A DNA stretch of 64,000 nt from Patescibacteria group bacterium (GTDB lineage Bacteria > Patescibacteriota > Minisyncoccia > Phycocordibacterales > UBA9973). Location: assembly GCA_038063535.1 (NCBI GenBank), contig JBBTUV010000002.1:4723-68722 (forward strand), in the 5' to 3' direction. The position numbers and the translations under genes were made by a program. The notes beneath the pieces are model-generated. The model made no database searches. It was given only the letters and a program-made list of their open reading frames with translations, and had not been told where the DNA came from. This document shows, one piece after another, positions 25,001 through 34,075 of this stretch (position 1 is the stretch's first letter; every line of letters begins with the position of its first letter).

Positions 25001-26664
25001 GCTCCGGAGCTAAGTTTAGCTGTATGTAACGCATACAAAACATCCGGAGTAGTATCGTTGAGAGTATCGGTAAAAGCTGTATCTACGGTAAGAGAAGTGT
25101 TGGTTGCGATAGCCGTGACAGTTCTAGTTTCTCCTGTGACAGTAATTCTGTCGCCGATGACTAATTCGGTAGTAAACAAAGTCCCGACGCCTGTGACAGT
25201 GGTTGATGCTATAGCATCAATGCTACCCGTCAATACTGCTGTGGCTTTGCCGGTAGTACGGACATTGCCGGCAACGTCGAGAAAAGTGAGAGGGGCGGTT
25301 TGATTGATACCAACGTTGCCTGTACTTGTAATTCTTAATCGTTCGATGAGAGATGAGGTTGCTTGGGTAGCAAGAGCTAGGTACCCTGCACCATTTCCTG
25401 AAGTACCATTTTCTTTTCGTCCAGCTATGGCTGCAAACGTACTAATGACACTTGTGCCAGTCGAATTACCGCCAAGTGAAACTTGTCCACCAAGGTTTAT
25501 ACCCTGGGAGTTTGTTGTTCTTACAAAAACGTTCCCATAAGAGTCAGTAACTCCATTTGCGCTAAGAACATCTAGAGCCGTAAAAGGCGAACTTGTTCCA
25601 ATCCCGACGCTGCCTGATCCAAAAATAGCTGCGTAGTTATTTGTTCCGCCGGTTGCAGTGGCATAAAGACCGACGTTGGTTGATGTTCCAGTATGAGTAT
25701 TCGAAAAATATCCACCGTAAGTTGTTTGTGCTCCCGTTGCATTCGCGCCAGAAAGAGAAACATTAATTCCTTTTTGACCTGTTAAACCGGCGGTACCTGT
25801 TATCGCAAGGTCAATGAGTGCTCCGGAAGAAAGAGAAGAAGAAGCGGCATATATACCTGTACCCGTAGTAAGAGAGTTGCCGGCCACGCTAAGTGCGCTC
25901 GCGGTGGTCACCTGAGTGGTATTGGCTGAAGTAAGAGTCGCGCCGGTCCCTGTGAATCCTGCGGCGCAGGCGAAGGCGCCGGTAGAGTTGGTGAGCGTGC
26001 AGCCGGTTGAACCGGAGCCCCCGCCGAGCAAAATATCTCCGGTTGAAGTGTTGTTCAAATTCAAAGCTCCGGAAGCGCCGCCATCAACCGCAAGCGGTGC
26101 GGTGCCGACCGATGCGAGCCGGGCGGTTGTCGCGTGGCCTAAAAGAATTCCACCGGTAGTAAGAACCGGGATCTGGCTGTCGGTCGCCGATTGCGCCGGG
26201 GTAAATCCGCCGACGGTTTTCGAGTTGATGGCGTAGCCGGAGGAAACTACCCGCGGCCGCGGATCGAGAGTCTCGTATGACTCACCTGTACCCCCCACAT
26301 CACACGTTCCAGATTTTGCAGAGACCTGTACGTCCACATACACCGTATCTGTCGTTTGAAAATTAAAATCGAGCGTATCGACATTGCCGATGTATGCATC
26401 GAAGACGCCGTTTCTTACGACGAGAGTGTCCGGGTTCGGCGCGCCCGTAGGCCAGACTTTCGAGCCGGCTGTGGCGGCATCGTAAAGCGCAAACTTGAAA
26501 CAATAATCTGTGCCCGAGCCGCCGAGCAAACTTTCACTGGAGTTGTAGAGCCGGCCTTGGAAGTTTATGATAAGCGGGACGCCCGCCGCGGAGCGCGCAA
26601 AAAGAGGAACAAGAAAAACTGCTATGATGAGAACTGAAAAAAAAGAGACGAGTCGGTTTCTCAC
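22021..26664 (-). CDS. Giant 1547-aa secreted Thr/Gly/Ala/Ser-rich protein with large internal repeats and a Pro-rich C-terminal tail
   Basis: Signal peptide MRNRLVSFFSVLIIAVFLVPLFARSAAG. Two copies of a segment of about 110 aa (GNVRTTGKATAVLTGSIDAIASTTVTGVGTLFTTELVIGDRITVTGETRTVTAIATNTSLTVD... and its near-identical copy). The C-terminus is PSPPPTIIYQSAPLPPPPSPEPMPEEETPPEPAPEPQPEADPPPAETPPEPE. No C-terminal TM. Confidence 0.7.
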   Translation of the reverse strand: MRNRLVSFFSVLIIAVFLVPLFARSAAGVPLIINFQGRLYNSSESLLGGSGTDYCFKFALYDAATAGSKVWPTGAPNPDTLVVRNGVFDAYIGNVDTLDFNFQTTDTVYVDVQVSAKSGTCDVGGTGESYETLDPRPRVVSSGYAINSKTVGGFTPAQSATDSQIPVLTTGGILLGHATTARLASVGTAPLAVDGGASGALNLNNTSTGDILLGGGSGSTGCTLTNSTGAFACAAGFTGTGATLTSANTTQVTTASALSVAGNSLTTGTGIYAASSSLSSGALIDLAITGTAGLTGQKGINVSLSGANATGAQTTYGGYFSNTHTGTSTNVGLYATATGGTNNYAAIFGSGSVGIGTSSPFTALDVLSANGVTDSYGNVFVRTTNSQGINLGGQVSLGGNSTGTSVISTFAAIAGRKENGTSGNGAGYLALATQATSSLIERLRITSTGNVGINQTAPLTFLDVAGNVRTTGKATAVLTGSIDAIASTTVTGVGTLFTTELVIGDRITVTGETRTVTAIATNTSLTVDTAFTDTLNDTTPDVLYALHTAKLSSGAIALAINDLGNVGIGTAAPAQLLDVNGVIRAGIAGANANLFVADPANSAVGIGATNLRYLLAVGGAGDLAYTSAATAANDTAAVIVRPSSIANTSGTGDISMVNISSGTSLNPTGASTWGAGLRVGGPSEGGAGSFTNMASVYIDSAPIGGTNNFALYSTTGTNYFGGNVGINQTSPLTRLDVAGNVRTTGKATAVLTGTIDPAASTTVTGVSTLFTTELVVGDRITVTGETRTVTAIASTTSLTVDVAFSDNANDTTPDVLYALHTARLSSNAIGLVINDLGNLSVGEASSETSARVNLENTISANSATTSIAGVFGNYTFNPSAGGTQVGNRFVVNNAPTTTANTAINQIVRSIDNTTLANLVRGLEVVSNAGSNTAGTNTGIRTTGATFGLQAFTNGLAGGVALPAAIYGESTGTTQGDILRLYSTTMTSAAQMAQFYHNTSTFTGTGLLMSFATGSGTFSGNFIDLQNNSVSKFKVTNAGITSMGLSATASTTAVCSSLANATAPTAGTAYEIRDCNAAPAADYAEMYPVATGMEVGDIVVTGSELVNTYDMTDGNIDWEKVKGRITKLIKSNKAYQTNVIGIISDNTGDFSSTGYNIREEDNPMPVALSGRVPVKISADSPEIAAGDYLTTSSEQGKATKATKAGTVIGKALEPWVGDAGTVMVYVEQGYWNGERLNKLAGLTLPGEENGTTSNMAKAILAKFMSDNGGGVNEELDFSELLTDKLAAAISIVTPSLTANAIDTDTLNAKDAKFAGLTFFGNTEGLENGVTFGGPVEFTMPPTFNEDTAGFAIVKEGDQRVRVDFTEAYAATPAVTASITFEATDNIDDVALSDIFSAKISSVILDKDETGFTILLSKKAPHNIRFSWIALGVKDARTAESLGDGLVLDWSEPAAAPSPPPTIIYQSAPLPPPPSPEPMPEEETPPEPAPEPQPEADPPPAETPPEPEVISEPLPEETTTPAPPSEATPEDGQGGEETSTEQSPSEDGS
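24151..24500. repeat. Copy 1 of an approximately 350-bp near-identical direct repeat inside the giant gene
   Basis: atttcctaaatcatttattaccag...gctgtatgtaacgcatacaaaacatccggagtagtatcgttg...gtgacagttctagtttctcctgtgacagtaattctgtcgccga... recurs at 24971..25320 with roughly 85-90% identity by eye. Confidence 0.7.
24971..25320. repeat. Copy 2 of the approximately 350-bp direct repeat (period about 820 bp)
   Basis: See copy 1; ttgcctaaatcattaatggcaag...gctgtatgtaacgcatacaaaacatccggagtagtatcgttg...gtgacagttctagtttctcctgtgacagtaattctgtcgccga... Confidence 0.7.
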
Positions 26665-26706
26665 ATCGAAATTATATCATTATTTTATTTGATTTTTCCC
26701 TGTGGA

Positions 26707-27447
26707 TTACTCTAAAATTTCAAATTCATCACTCACAATTGAAATTTTTTTTCTCCTGCGAACAAAGTAAATTGCCAAGCTCCCTCCTGTAATCAAAATC
26801 AAGGTGGTTACATAGAGTAACCAACTGAAATCGTCTTGTTTAAAGGGCTCGGAGGAAATTGATGCAGGTATCTCATTTTGTAGAAGAATTTCGGGTTCCG
26901 GCTGAATTTTAGTTGAGCTCTCCTTGACAAAGAGGGGGGGCGAGGGTGAAGTAATCTTATTCTCGCCGCCGGGCGTCGGCGCATTAGCTCGCCAAGCACC
27001 TGATATTTTCCCTATTGTATTTCCATCCCCTGCGCCGCCCAGGCTCGACGAGTAGGAAACTTGATCAAGTATCTCGTCTTCATTTTTTAGCGCAAGGGTC
27101 TCCCCGGAATTGTTGAGCGAATAACTCGAATCGAAAAGGTTGCCCGCGAACGCCGGCCAGTCGGATTTGAACTTGGCGGCATCTGCGGCAATAACGGCAT
27201 AACCACCTGGAGGAACGCTCTCAAGACCTGCGACGAATACTAGCTTATGGTTCGTATCCGCTTCGAAAAATTTAAGCTCGGAGAGACCGATCGGCCCAGA
27301 GGAATCATTGAAAATCTCCACCCATTCCCTGCTCTCATCGGCACCGGATAGATCGTACATTATCTCCGAAAACTCCAGCCCGGCAAAAACGCGATATGCA
27401 GAGAAAAAGAGAATCCCCACCAAAATTAAAACAGGACATTTTGCCAT
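26707..27447 (-). CDS. Lamin-tail-domain (LTD) protein with an N-terminal signal/anchor and C-terminal TM helix
   Basis: FSEIMYDLSGADESREWVEIFNDSSGPIGLSELKF matches the LTD signature (EI..N..G.D...EWIEL.N). C-terminal TM WLLYVTTLILITGGSLAIYFV then RRRKK. Start taken at MAKCPVLILVGILFF. Confidence 0.55.
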   Translation of the reverse strand: MAKCPVLILVGILFFSAYRVFAGLEFSEIMYDLSGADESREWVEIFNDSSGPIGLSELKFFEADTNHKLVFVAGLESVPPGGYAVIAADAAKFKSDWPAFAGNLFDSSYSLNNSGETLALKNEDEILDQVSYSSSLGGAGDGNTIGKISGAWRANAPTPGGENKITSPSPPLFVKESSTKIQPEPEILLQNEIPASISSEPFKQDDFSWLLYVTTLILITGGSLAIYFVRRRKKISIVSDEFEILE

Positions 27448-27461
27448 GTTATGATAATAGC

Positions 27462-28451
27462 ATGACAAAGGTAGAATTCCTGGCGGTTGGAGATATAGTG
27501 ATAGACGCTTTTATCCGATTACGTGACGCGCATGTGCACTGCCGGATAGACACCGATTCCTGCGAACTCTGTCTTCGCTTCGGCGATAAAGTTCCCTATG
27601 AATCGGTGACCGTCGTCCCCGCTGTTGGGAACGCACCGAACGCCGCGGTCTCTGCCGCGCGTCTGGGGCTTTCCTCAGCGCTAGTTTCTAACTTAGGTGA
27701 CGATAAAGAGGGACGAGATTGCCTTGCGTCGCTAAAACGTGATAATGTGTTTACTGATTTTGTAAAGACCCATAAAGGGATAAGGACCAACTATCATTAC
27801 GTGCTCTGGTACGATATAGACCGCACCATACTCATCAAGCATGAAAAATATCCCTACGAACTAGGCGAGGTCGGCGAGCCGGGATGGGTGTACTTCAGCT
27901 CGGTGAGCGAAAGCGCCTTCCCTTTCCACAACTCTGTGGCGGATTACTTGGAAAAACACCCAGATATCAAGCTTGCATTCCAACCCGGAAAGAACGAGAT
28001 CAAATTGGGTAAGGAAAAGCTGTCACGCCTCTACGCACGCGCCGAAATATTCTTCTGTAACGTCGAGGAAGCGGAAGTGATCTTGGGTATGGAGACGAAA
28101 GACGTCCTTGCGCTTTCGCGGGGCATCAAAGAGCTGGGGCCAAAGATGGTCTCGATCTCGGACGGCCCGAACGGCGCTTACCTTTACGAAAATAACAATC
28201 TCTGGCACTTACCTATTTACCCGGACATTGCTCCGCCCTTGGACCGCACCGGCGCCGGAGACGCTTTTTCTTCCACATTCACGGCAGCTCTTGCTTTGGG
28301 TAAATCCCCTCTCGAAGCCTTCGCCTGGGGACCGATAAATTCGATGTCGGTCGTGCAAGATATCGGCGCACAGCGCGGACTCCTCTCGCGAGAGAAACTC
28401 GAGGAATATCTTGCCAAAGCCCCTCTGGAGTATAAGGCGAAGAGAATCTAA
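27462..28451 (+). CDS. PfkB-family carbohydrate kinase (ribokinase-like)
   Basis: N-terminal GDIVID and C-terminal DRTGAGDAF motifs typical of the ribokinase/PfkB family. Start taken at MTKVEFLAVGDIV. Confidence 0.7.
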   Translation: MTKVEFLAVGDIVIDAFIRLRDAHVHCRIDTDSCELCLRFGDKVPYESVTVVPAVGNAPNAAVSAARLGLSSALVSNLGDDKEGRDCLASLKRDNVFTDFVKTHKGIRTNYHYVLWYDIDRTILIKHEKYPYELGEVGEPGWVYFSSVSESAFPFHNSVADYLEKHPDIKLAFQPGKNEIKLGKEKLSRLYARAEIFFCNVEEAEVILGMETKDVLALSRGIKELGPKMVSISDGPNGAYLYENNNLWHLPIYPDIAPPLDRTGAGDAFSSTFTAALALGKSPLEAFAWGPINSMSVVQDIGAQRGLLSREKLEEYLAKAPLEYKAKRI

Positions 28452-29449
28452 GGGATTCTACGTTTCAAAACTTTTTTCACCGCTTCTTTGATGGAATTTT
28501 TTCCCATCTCGTATTCCTCGATAAGTTCCTCCGGCGTACCTGATTGGCCAAATCTATCCTTAACTCCTATAAATTCAATGGGTACAGGAAAATTCTCGGC
28601 GAGAACTTCCGCCACCGCCGAACCGGCCCCGCCCATCGTCTGATGCTCTTCCACCGTCACGATCGCCTTGCACTCTTTGGCAAGGGTGACCACGCTCCCT
28701 GCGTCCAGGGGCTTAATCGTCGCGAGGTTCATCACTTTTGTTTTTATTCCCTCCGCCTCGAGCTCGCGCGCGGCCAGAAGCGCCCGGTAGAGAAGTCCGC
28801 CGGTCGCGATGATGCCTACATCCGCGACGCCTATTTCCGGCATCCAGAAAATTTCTTCCCGGCCGAGTGCAAACGGGGTTTCCTCGGTGGTCATAACAGG
28901 AGTTTTTTCACGCAAAAGTCGCAGGTACGCGGGCTTTCCCGTTTTTGCTATCGCAAGCGTCGCCTTTTTCGCCTCGAGCGCATCGCAGGGCGAGATCACG
29001 TCCATATTTGGAAGCGCGCGCATGAGCGTGAGGTCTTCGAGCGCCTGATGAGTGCCGCCATCGGCGCCGACGGAGATCCCCCCGTGCGAGCCCACGATCT
29101 TCACCGGCACGTCGTTGTAAGCGATCGTAGTCCTGATCTGCTCCCAATTCCTCCCCGGGGAAAACATCGCATAGCTCGAGACAAAAGGAATTTTTCCCAT
29201 CGCCGCCATCCCGCTTGCTACCGTAACCAGATTCTGCTCCGCCACCCCGACTTGCACGAACCGCTCGGGAAATTTTTCGGCGAAGAGGTGCATCTGGGTT
29301 GACTCAGTGAGGTCGGCGCAAAGCCCAACAACATTCTTGTCGGCCTCCCCGGCCGCGAGTAATCCCTGTCCGAAACCTTTGCGGATCGGCACTTGCTCGA
29401 CATCGGCGCTGAAAATTTTAGGGTTTAATTTTAATTTCGGGTTAAGCAT
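28448..29449 (-). CDS. Transketolase, C-terminal (pyrimidine-binding) subunit of a split enzyme
   Basis: GFGQGLLAAGEADKNVVGLCADLTESTQM...VGVAEQNLVTVASGMAAMGKIPFVSSYAMF...GSHGGISVGADGGTHQALEDL. TAATG overlap with the N-terminal subunit gene. Confidence 0.85.
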   Translation of the reverse strand: MLNPKLKLNPKIFSADVEQVPIRKGFGQGLLAAGEADKNVVGLCADLTESTQMHLFAEKFPERFVQVGVAEQNLVTVASGMAAMGKIPFVSSYAMFSPGRNWEQIRTTIAYNDVPVKIVGSHGGISVGADGGTHQALEDLTLMRALPNMDVISPCDALEAKKATLAIAKTGKPAYLRLLREKTPVMTTEETPFALGREEIFWMPEIGVADVGIIATGGLLYRALLAARELEAEGIKTKVMNLATIKPLDAGSVVTLAKECKAIVTVEEHQTMGGAGSAVAEVLAENFPVPIEFIGVKDRFGQSGTPEELIEEYEMGKNSIKEAVKKVLKRRIP

Positions 29450-30306
29450 TATTCTTTTCTTATTTTTCCTCCGAGGGTACGCAGCTCATCGAGCGCTCGC
29501 ATGCCTTCCTCCTTATTCGGCGGTTTGCCGTGCCACCTATAATCCCTCTCGAATTCTTTTACACCCTTTCCCGGAATCGTGTGTGCGAGGATCATCGTCG
29601 GTTTTTCATATATCGCCTGCGCTTCCTCTACCGCCTCATTGAACGCACGGAAATCGTGACCGGAAACTTCGATTACGTGCCAGTTGAATGCGCGGTATTT
29701 GTCGGCAAGTGGTTCAAGCGGCATGATGTTTTCGGTAAAGCCGTCAATTTGGATGTTGTTGCGATCCATCACCGCGATCAAGTTTCGGAGCTTGTTTTTA
29801 CCCGCGAGCATTGCCGCTTCCCAGGTGTTGCCTTCATCGTGCTCGCCGTCGCTGGTGAAGCAATAAATGAACCGATCGCGGTCTTTGCCGTCCATCCGGT
29901 CCGCAAGCGCCATCCCGACCGCTTGCGAGAGCCCCGCGCCCAAGGGACCGGAAGAAGTCTCAAGCCAGGGCATATATTCGCGGTGCGGATGCCCCTGCAG
30001 GCGTGTGCCGAACTTGCGAAGGGTCATAAGCTCCGCCACGGGGAAGTATCCCGCGTGCGCCATCGTCGAGTAGTAGACCGGGCAGATGTGACCGTTCGAG
30101 AGCACGAACCTATCGCGCTCTTCCCACAATGGGTTCTTGGGGTCGTGTTTGAGAACGTGGAAAAAGAAAAGAGTGAAAATGTCCGCCATGCCGAGCGGTC
30201 CCGCCGTGTGGCCGGAACCGGCCTCCACCAGCATCTCGATGACGCTCTTCCTGATCTCATTTGCTTTCTTTTCCAGCTCTAGAATTTTTTTATCACTTAA
30301 CTGCAT
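29449..30306 (-). CDS. Transketolase, N-terminal (TPP-binding) subunit of a split enzyme
   Basis: GSGHTAGPLGMADIFTLFF...SNGHICPVYYSTMA...GPLGAGLSQAVGMALA...SDGEHDEGNTWEAAM are TPP-binding motifs. Confidence 0.85.
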   Translation of the reverse strand: MQLSDKKILELEKKANEIRKSVIEMLVEAGSGHTAGPLGMADIFTLFFFHVLKHDPKNPLWEERDRFVLSNGHICPVYYSTMAHAGYFPVAELMTLRKFGTRLQGHPHREYMPWLETSSGPLGAGLSQAVGMALADRMDGKDRDRFIYCFTSDGEHDEGNTWEAAMLAGKNKLRNLIAVMDRNNIQIDGFTENIMPLEPLADKYRAFNWHVIEVSGHDFRAFNEAVEEAQAIYEKPTMILAHTIPGKGVKEFERDYRWHGKPPNKEEGMRALDELRTLGGKIRKE

Positions 30307-30998
30307 CAGAGTTCTTGGAATCCTCTTATTGTCCCAATTATATCAGAAGAATTGAAGAGCGCCGAGCCGGCGACGAGTTTGGTCGCTCCGGCGGCGACAA
30401 GCCGCGGCGCTGTCACGGCGTTCACGCCGATATCGACAGCAATCGGAAGCTCAGGAAATTGTTTTCTTAAAGTTTCTACCCGACCGTAAACTCTCTCATC
30501 CAGCTCGACTCCCCCAAAACTTACCTTATCGTTCCCCATGCACTGCACGAAATCGATTTGCTCTCGGAGTGGAAAAATTTGCTCAAGCGCGGTCGAGGGT
30601 TTGAATGCGACTCCGATATCGATCGTATCACGCACGTATCTGTCCATGCCCTCGAGAAACTCGAGAAAGCCTTGCGCGTCACCGACAGACTCAAGGTGAA
30701 AGATAAGCCTTCGTGCGCCAAGTTTCGCGTAAATGTCAAAATTTTGAATCGCATCACTTACCATTAAGTCTAACTCGAAATCTATATCCTCCCAGAACGG
30801 CAAACCCTCTTCTTCGTTCTCTATTCTTTTGAAATGAATATCCATGCCATCGAGAGTAAAAGGCCAGGTAAGATTTTTGGCGAAGATCCCATCGCAGATG
30901 TCTATCTGCGCTATCGGCACAATTCCCCGCACCAGGGAAATTTTATTCTTGAGCTCGTCGTAAGTTTTTGTGATTATCGCCGGAATGACTTCGGTCAT
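30306..30998 (-). CDS. rpe: Ribulose-phosphate 3-epimerase-like TIM-barrel protein
   Basis: QIDICDGIFAKNLTWP ... FHLE ... VDIGVNAVTAPRLVAAGATKLVAGSALF pattern of the Rpe family. It sits in the tkt/rpiB context. The sequence is divergent, so assignment is moderate. Confidence 0.55.
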   Translation of the reverse strand: MTEVIPAIITKTYDELKNKISLVRGIVPIAQIDICDGIFAKNLTWPFTLDGMDIHFKRIENEEEGLPFWEDIDFELDLMVSDAIQNFDIYAKLGARRLIFHLESVGDAQGFLEFLEGMDRYVRDTIDIGVAFKPSTALEQIFPLREQIDFVQCMGNDKVSFGGVELDERVYGRVETLRKQFPELPIAVDIGVNAVTAPRLVAAGATKLVAGSALFNSSDIIGTIRGFQEL

Positions 30999-31795
30999 AT
31001 GCCCAGTTTCTTTTTTTGTTTTTGTACTTCCTCGACCAAAAGATCATGAAAAACACCGTTCGAGGCGATAAACTCATTATCTGGAAATTTCCACGAACTA
31101 CCATCAAGCTTGGTTATCTTTCCCCCAGCCTCTTGTACAAGTAAAACACCGGCGGCAAAGTCATAGCCATCTAAACCGAGTTCGATTCCCACTTCGACTC
31201 CGCCTTGCGCCAAAAGAGCCAAATCAAGCGCACAACATCCGAAGTCCCTGACTGTAAGCCCCGCAAAGCGTTCAGGTAAATAATGCATGAGTGCCCGCGC
31301 AAACTTTCGGTCTTCCGCGCTTTTACCTTTTCCGCTCACCAGGATGGCATGTGAAGAATTATCCTTCGACACATTAATTTTTTTGTCATTCAGATATGCT
31401 CCCTTGCCGGTTTCAGCATAAAAAAGACTTCGGGTTATGGGATTGTACACCACTCCCACAATAATTTTATTTTTATGCTCGAGAGCAATCGACAGGGCAA
31501 AAAATGGCAAGCAATTGGAAAAATTCCGTGTCCCATCTATCGGATCAATATGCCAAGTGTAATCGCCCTTATTGTTGGTGTAGCCGGTCTCTTCGCCTAA
31601 AATACAGTAACCAGGGTAAGTTTCACAGATTACTTTTTTTATTACTTCTTCGGATTCCCTATCGGCAACAGTAGTAATACTTTTATCCTCCTTAAATTCC
31701 TTCAATATCTCCGTCTCATAATACTTCTCGAGAATCTTGCCGGCTGCGAGTGCCGCTTGGATCGCCACTTCTAGTTCTCGAGATTTGCTTTGCAT
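30995..31795 (-). CDS. Inositol monophosphatase family protein (SuhB / FBPase-IMPase-like)
   Basis: ILGEETG ... WHIDPIDGTRNF ... motif set of the IMPase superfamily. Confidence 0.75.
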   Translation of the reverse strand: MQSKSRELEVAIQAALAAGKILEKYYETEILKEFKEDKSITTVADRESEEVIKKVICETYPGYCILGEETGYTNNKGDYTWHIDPIDGTRNFSNCLPFFALSIALEHKNKIIVGVVYNPITRSLFYAETGKGAYLNDKKINVSKDNSSHAILVSGKGKSAEDRKFARALMHYLPERFAGLTVRDFGCCALDLALLAQGGVEVGIELGLDGYDFAAGVLLVQEAGGKITKLDGSSWKFPDNEFIASNGVFHDLLVEEVQKQKKKLGI

Positions 31796-32269
31796 CTATG
31801 GCTTAATCGCGTCTATTTTTCCGAGCCTGCGCACGTGGCGTTCATCGCCCGAGTACGGCGTGGCGAGCCAGCGTCTCGACGCTTCGAGTACATCATCCTC
31901 GGTTAGGTATCTCGCGGCAAAGGAGAGGACGTTCGAGTCATTGTGCTCTCGTGAGCGGACGATAATATCCGCCTCGTCGTCTACAACGCAATCCGCGCGC
32001 CCGTAATAGACGACCGCGCGGACATGGGGAAATTTGTTAGCGGCCATAGCCTCACCTTGCCCGGTCGCGCCGAAAATGATACCGCGCACCGTGTCTGGGT
32101 TCTTTGACACTTCCCGGGCTACCGGAATGACAAAGTCCGGATAATCATCATGCTCGTCGTACTCATGCGCGCCCATGTCCACCACCTCGTGCCCTTGGCC
32201 AGCTAGGTACGGAACAAGCTTCTCCTTAAGCCCGAAACCCGCATGGTCGGTGCCGACGTAGATCTTCAT
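31796..32269 (-). CDS. rpiB: Ribose-5-phosphate isomerase B
   Basis: MKIYVGTDHAGFGLKEKLVPYLAGQGHEVVDMG ... GIIFGATGQGEAMAANKFPHVRAVV is the RpiB/LacAB fold signature. Confidence 0.85.
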   Translation of the reverse strand: MKIYVGTDHAGFGLKEKLVPYLAGQGHEVVDMGAHEYDEHDDYPDFVIPVAREVSKNPDTVRGIIFGATGQGEAMAANKFPHVRAVVYYGRADCVVDDEADIIVRSREHNDSNVLSFAARYLTEDDVLEASRRWLATPYSGDERHVRRLGKIDAIKP

Positions 32270-32283
32270 GCTACTATTATACT
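32270..32283. promoter_or_regulatory. 14-nt divergent intergenic region carrying a TATAAT (minus strand, 6 nt from the rpiB ATG) and a TATTAT/TATACT (plus strand, immediately upstream of the dapF ATG); apparent leaderless bidirectional promoter
   Basis: Sequence gctactattatact between the rpiB start (cat at 32267..32269) and the dapF ATG at 32284. Its reverse complement reads agTATAATagtagc-ATG. Confidence 0.4.
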
Positions 32284-33069
32284 ATGGAGTTTTATAAATA
32301 TCACGGCACCGGCAATGATTTTATTGTTGTGGATAACAGAAGCGGGAAATTTGACTCGCAGGATATAGAAAAAATCAAGATGCTCTGCCACCGGCGATTC
32401 GGAATCGGGGCGGACGGGATTCTGCTTCTTGAGGAGAGTAATACAGTCGATTTTAAGATGATCTATATTAATTCCGACGGCTCAAGAGGTTCGATGTGCG
32501 GAAACGGCGGCAGATGCATTGTGCACTTTGCCAACACGCTTGGTTTGGTGAAGGATCCAAGAAAAGTGAAATTCGAAGCGGTGGACGGTATCCACGAAGC
32601 GGAAATTCTCGACTATGATTCTTCTTTAGGCCTGATTAAACTCAAGATGCAGGATGTCGATGACATTAGCGAAAGAAATGGTCTGCCGTTTATTTGCCAA
32701 GGCACAACTCCGCACAATATTAAGTATGTGGAAAATTTAAAAGATTTCCCCGTGTTCGTCGAAGGGAAAAAGATAGCCGATTCCGATCCCGACAGAATGA
32801 ACACGAACTTCGTGGAAATAAAAAATGGGGTGTTGCACGTCCGCACCTACGAGCGGGGTGTAGAAGATGAAACTTGGGCCTGCGGCACGGGAGCGACATC
32901 GGTCGCGATCGCTTCGCACCATCTCGGGAAATTAAGGGAGAACGTCGCTCATATCAGTATGCCCGGGGGCGAGCTCACCGTAAAATTCGAGCCGCAACCA
33001 GACGGCACTTACCAAAACATCTATCTCACCGGCCCGGCCGTTTGCGTATTCAAAGGCGAGATTAAATAG
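32284..33069 (+). CDS. dapF: Diaminopimelate epimerase
   Basis: MEFYKYHGTGNDFIVVDN, catalytic Cys motifs SMCGNGGRC and ETWACGTGATS. Confidence 0.85.
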   Translation: MEFYKYHGTGNDFIVVDNRSGKFDSQDIEKIKMLCHRRFGIGADGILLLEESNTVDFKMIYINSDGSRGSMCGNGGRCIVHFANTLGLVKDPRKVKFEAVDGIHEAEILDYDSSLGLIKLKMQDVDDISERNGLPFICQGTTPHNIKYVENLKDFPVFVEGKKIADSDPDRMNTNFVEIKNGVLHVRTYERGVEDETWACGTGATSVAIASHHLGKLRENVAHISMPGGELTVKFEPQPDGTYQNIYLTGPAVCVFKGEIK

Positions 33070-34075
33070 TCTTGGCAGTTTTCAAGACGTGGTCGACGAG
33101 GGTGTAGGTGTAACCCATTTCGTTGTCGTACCAGCCCATGACCTTGACGAGGTTGCCGTCGATCACGCGAGTCAGTGCCAAGTCTGCGATCGAGCCGTAA
33201 GGCGAGCCGAGAATATCAGTCGAGACCAGCGGTTCTTCAGTGGTCGTAAAAATTCCCTCCCATCTTTTTTCTTTGGCAGCTTTTTTAAGAATTTCATTTA
33301 CTTCTTCGGCAGTCGTATTTTTCTTCGAGACGAAAGTAATGTCAACGATTGAACCCGCCACCACCGGCACCCTTATCGAAATGCCGTCGAATTTGTTCTC
33401 AAGCTTGGTGAAAGCTTTAGTCACCGCGATCGCCGCTCCGGTCGAAGAAGGCACGATGTTCTGCGCCGCCGCTCTCCCCTCCCGGAAGTCCTTCTTACTC
33501 GGTCCGTCAACGAGGGCCTGCGAAGCAGTGTACCCATGCACAGTATTAAGGATCGCCTTCTCTATCCCTAGCGCTTCGTCTAGTATCGCGATCAAGGGCG
33601 AAGCGGCGTTCGTGGTGCACGAGGCGTTCGAAGTCACGTCGCAGGTGCCGAACTTGTCTTCGTTCACCCCCATCAAAATCGTCTCTCCAGTTCCATCACC
33701 CTTCGCTGGCGCAGTTATCACAACTTTTTTGGCACCGGCTTTAAGATGCACGCTCGCCGCATCAAAAGAAGTAAAAAGGCCAGTAGCCTCCACCACTATC
33801 TCCACGCCCAAATCTTTCCAAGGCAGTTTGCTCGGGTCCTTTTCCGCCAAAACTTTCACTTTTTTCCCGTCAATTTCCAAATCTGCGCCGGCAACTTTTA
33901 TCTCATGAGGCCACTTGCCGTAGACCGTATCGTACTTAAGTAAGTAGGCCATCATTTTCACGTCGCCCAAGTCGTTGAAAGCCACAACTTCGATCTCCGG
34001 TTTCTCCCAAGCAACTTTCAAAAACGCCCTGCCGATCCTGCCGAAACCATTGATGCCAACTTTTATTCTTTTCAT
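33062..34075 (-). CDS. gap: Glyceraldehyde-3-phosphate dehydrogenase
   Basis: MKRIKVGINGFGRIGRAFLK ... SNASCTTNAASPL ... WYDNEMGY. Confidence 0.9.
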   Translation of the reverse strand: MKRIKVGINGFGRIGRAFLKVAWEKPEIEVVAFNDLGDVKMMAYLLKYDTVYGKWPHEIKVAGADLEIDGKKVKVLAEKDPSKLPWKDLGVEIVVEATGLFTSFDAASVHLKAGAKKVVITAPAKGDGTGETILMGVNEDKFGTCDVTSNASCTTNAASPLIAILDEALGIEKAILNTVHGYTASQALVDGPSKKDFREGRAAAQNIVPSSTGAAIAVTKAFTKLENKFDGISIRVPVVAGSIVDITFVSKKNTTAEEVNEILKKAAKEKRWEGIFTTTEEPLVSTDILGSPYGSIADLALTRVIDGNLVKVMGWYDNEMGYTYTLVDHVLKTAKTI

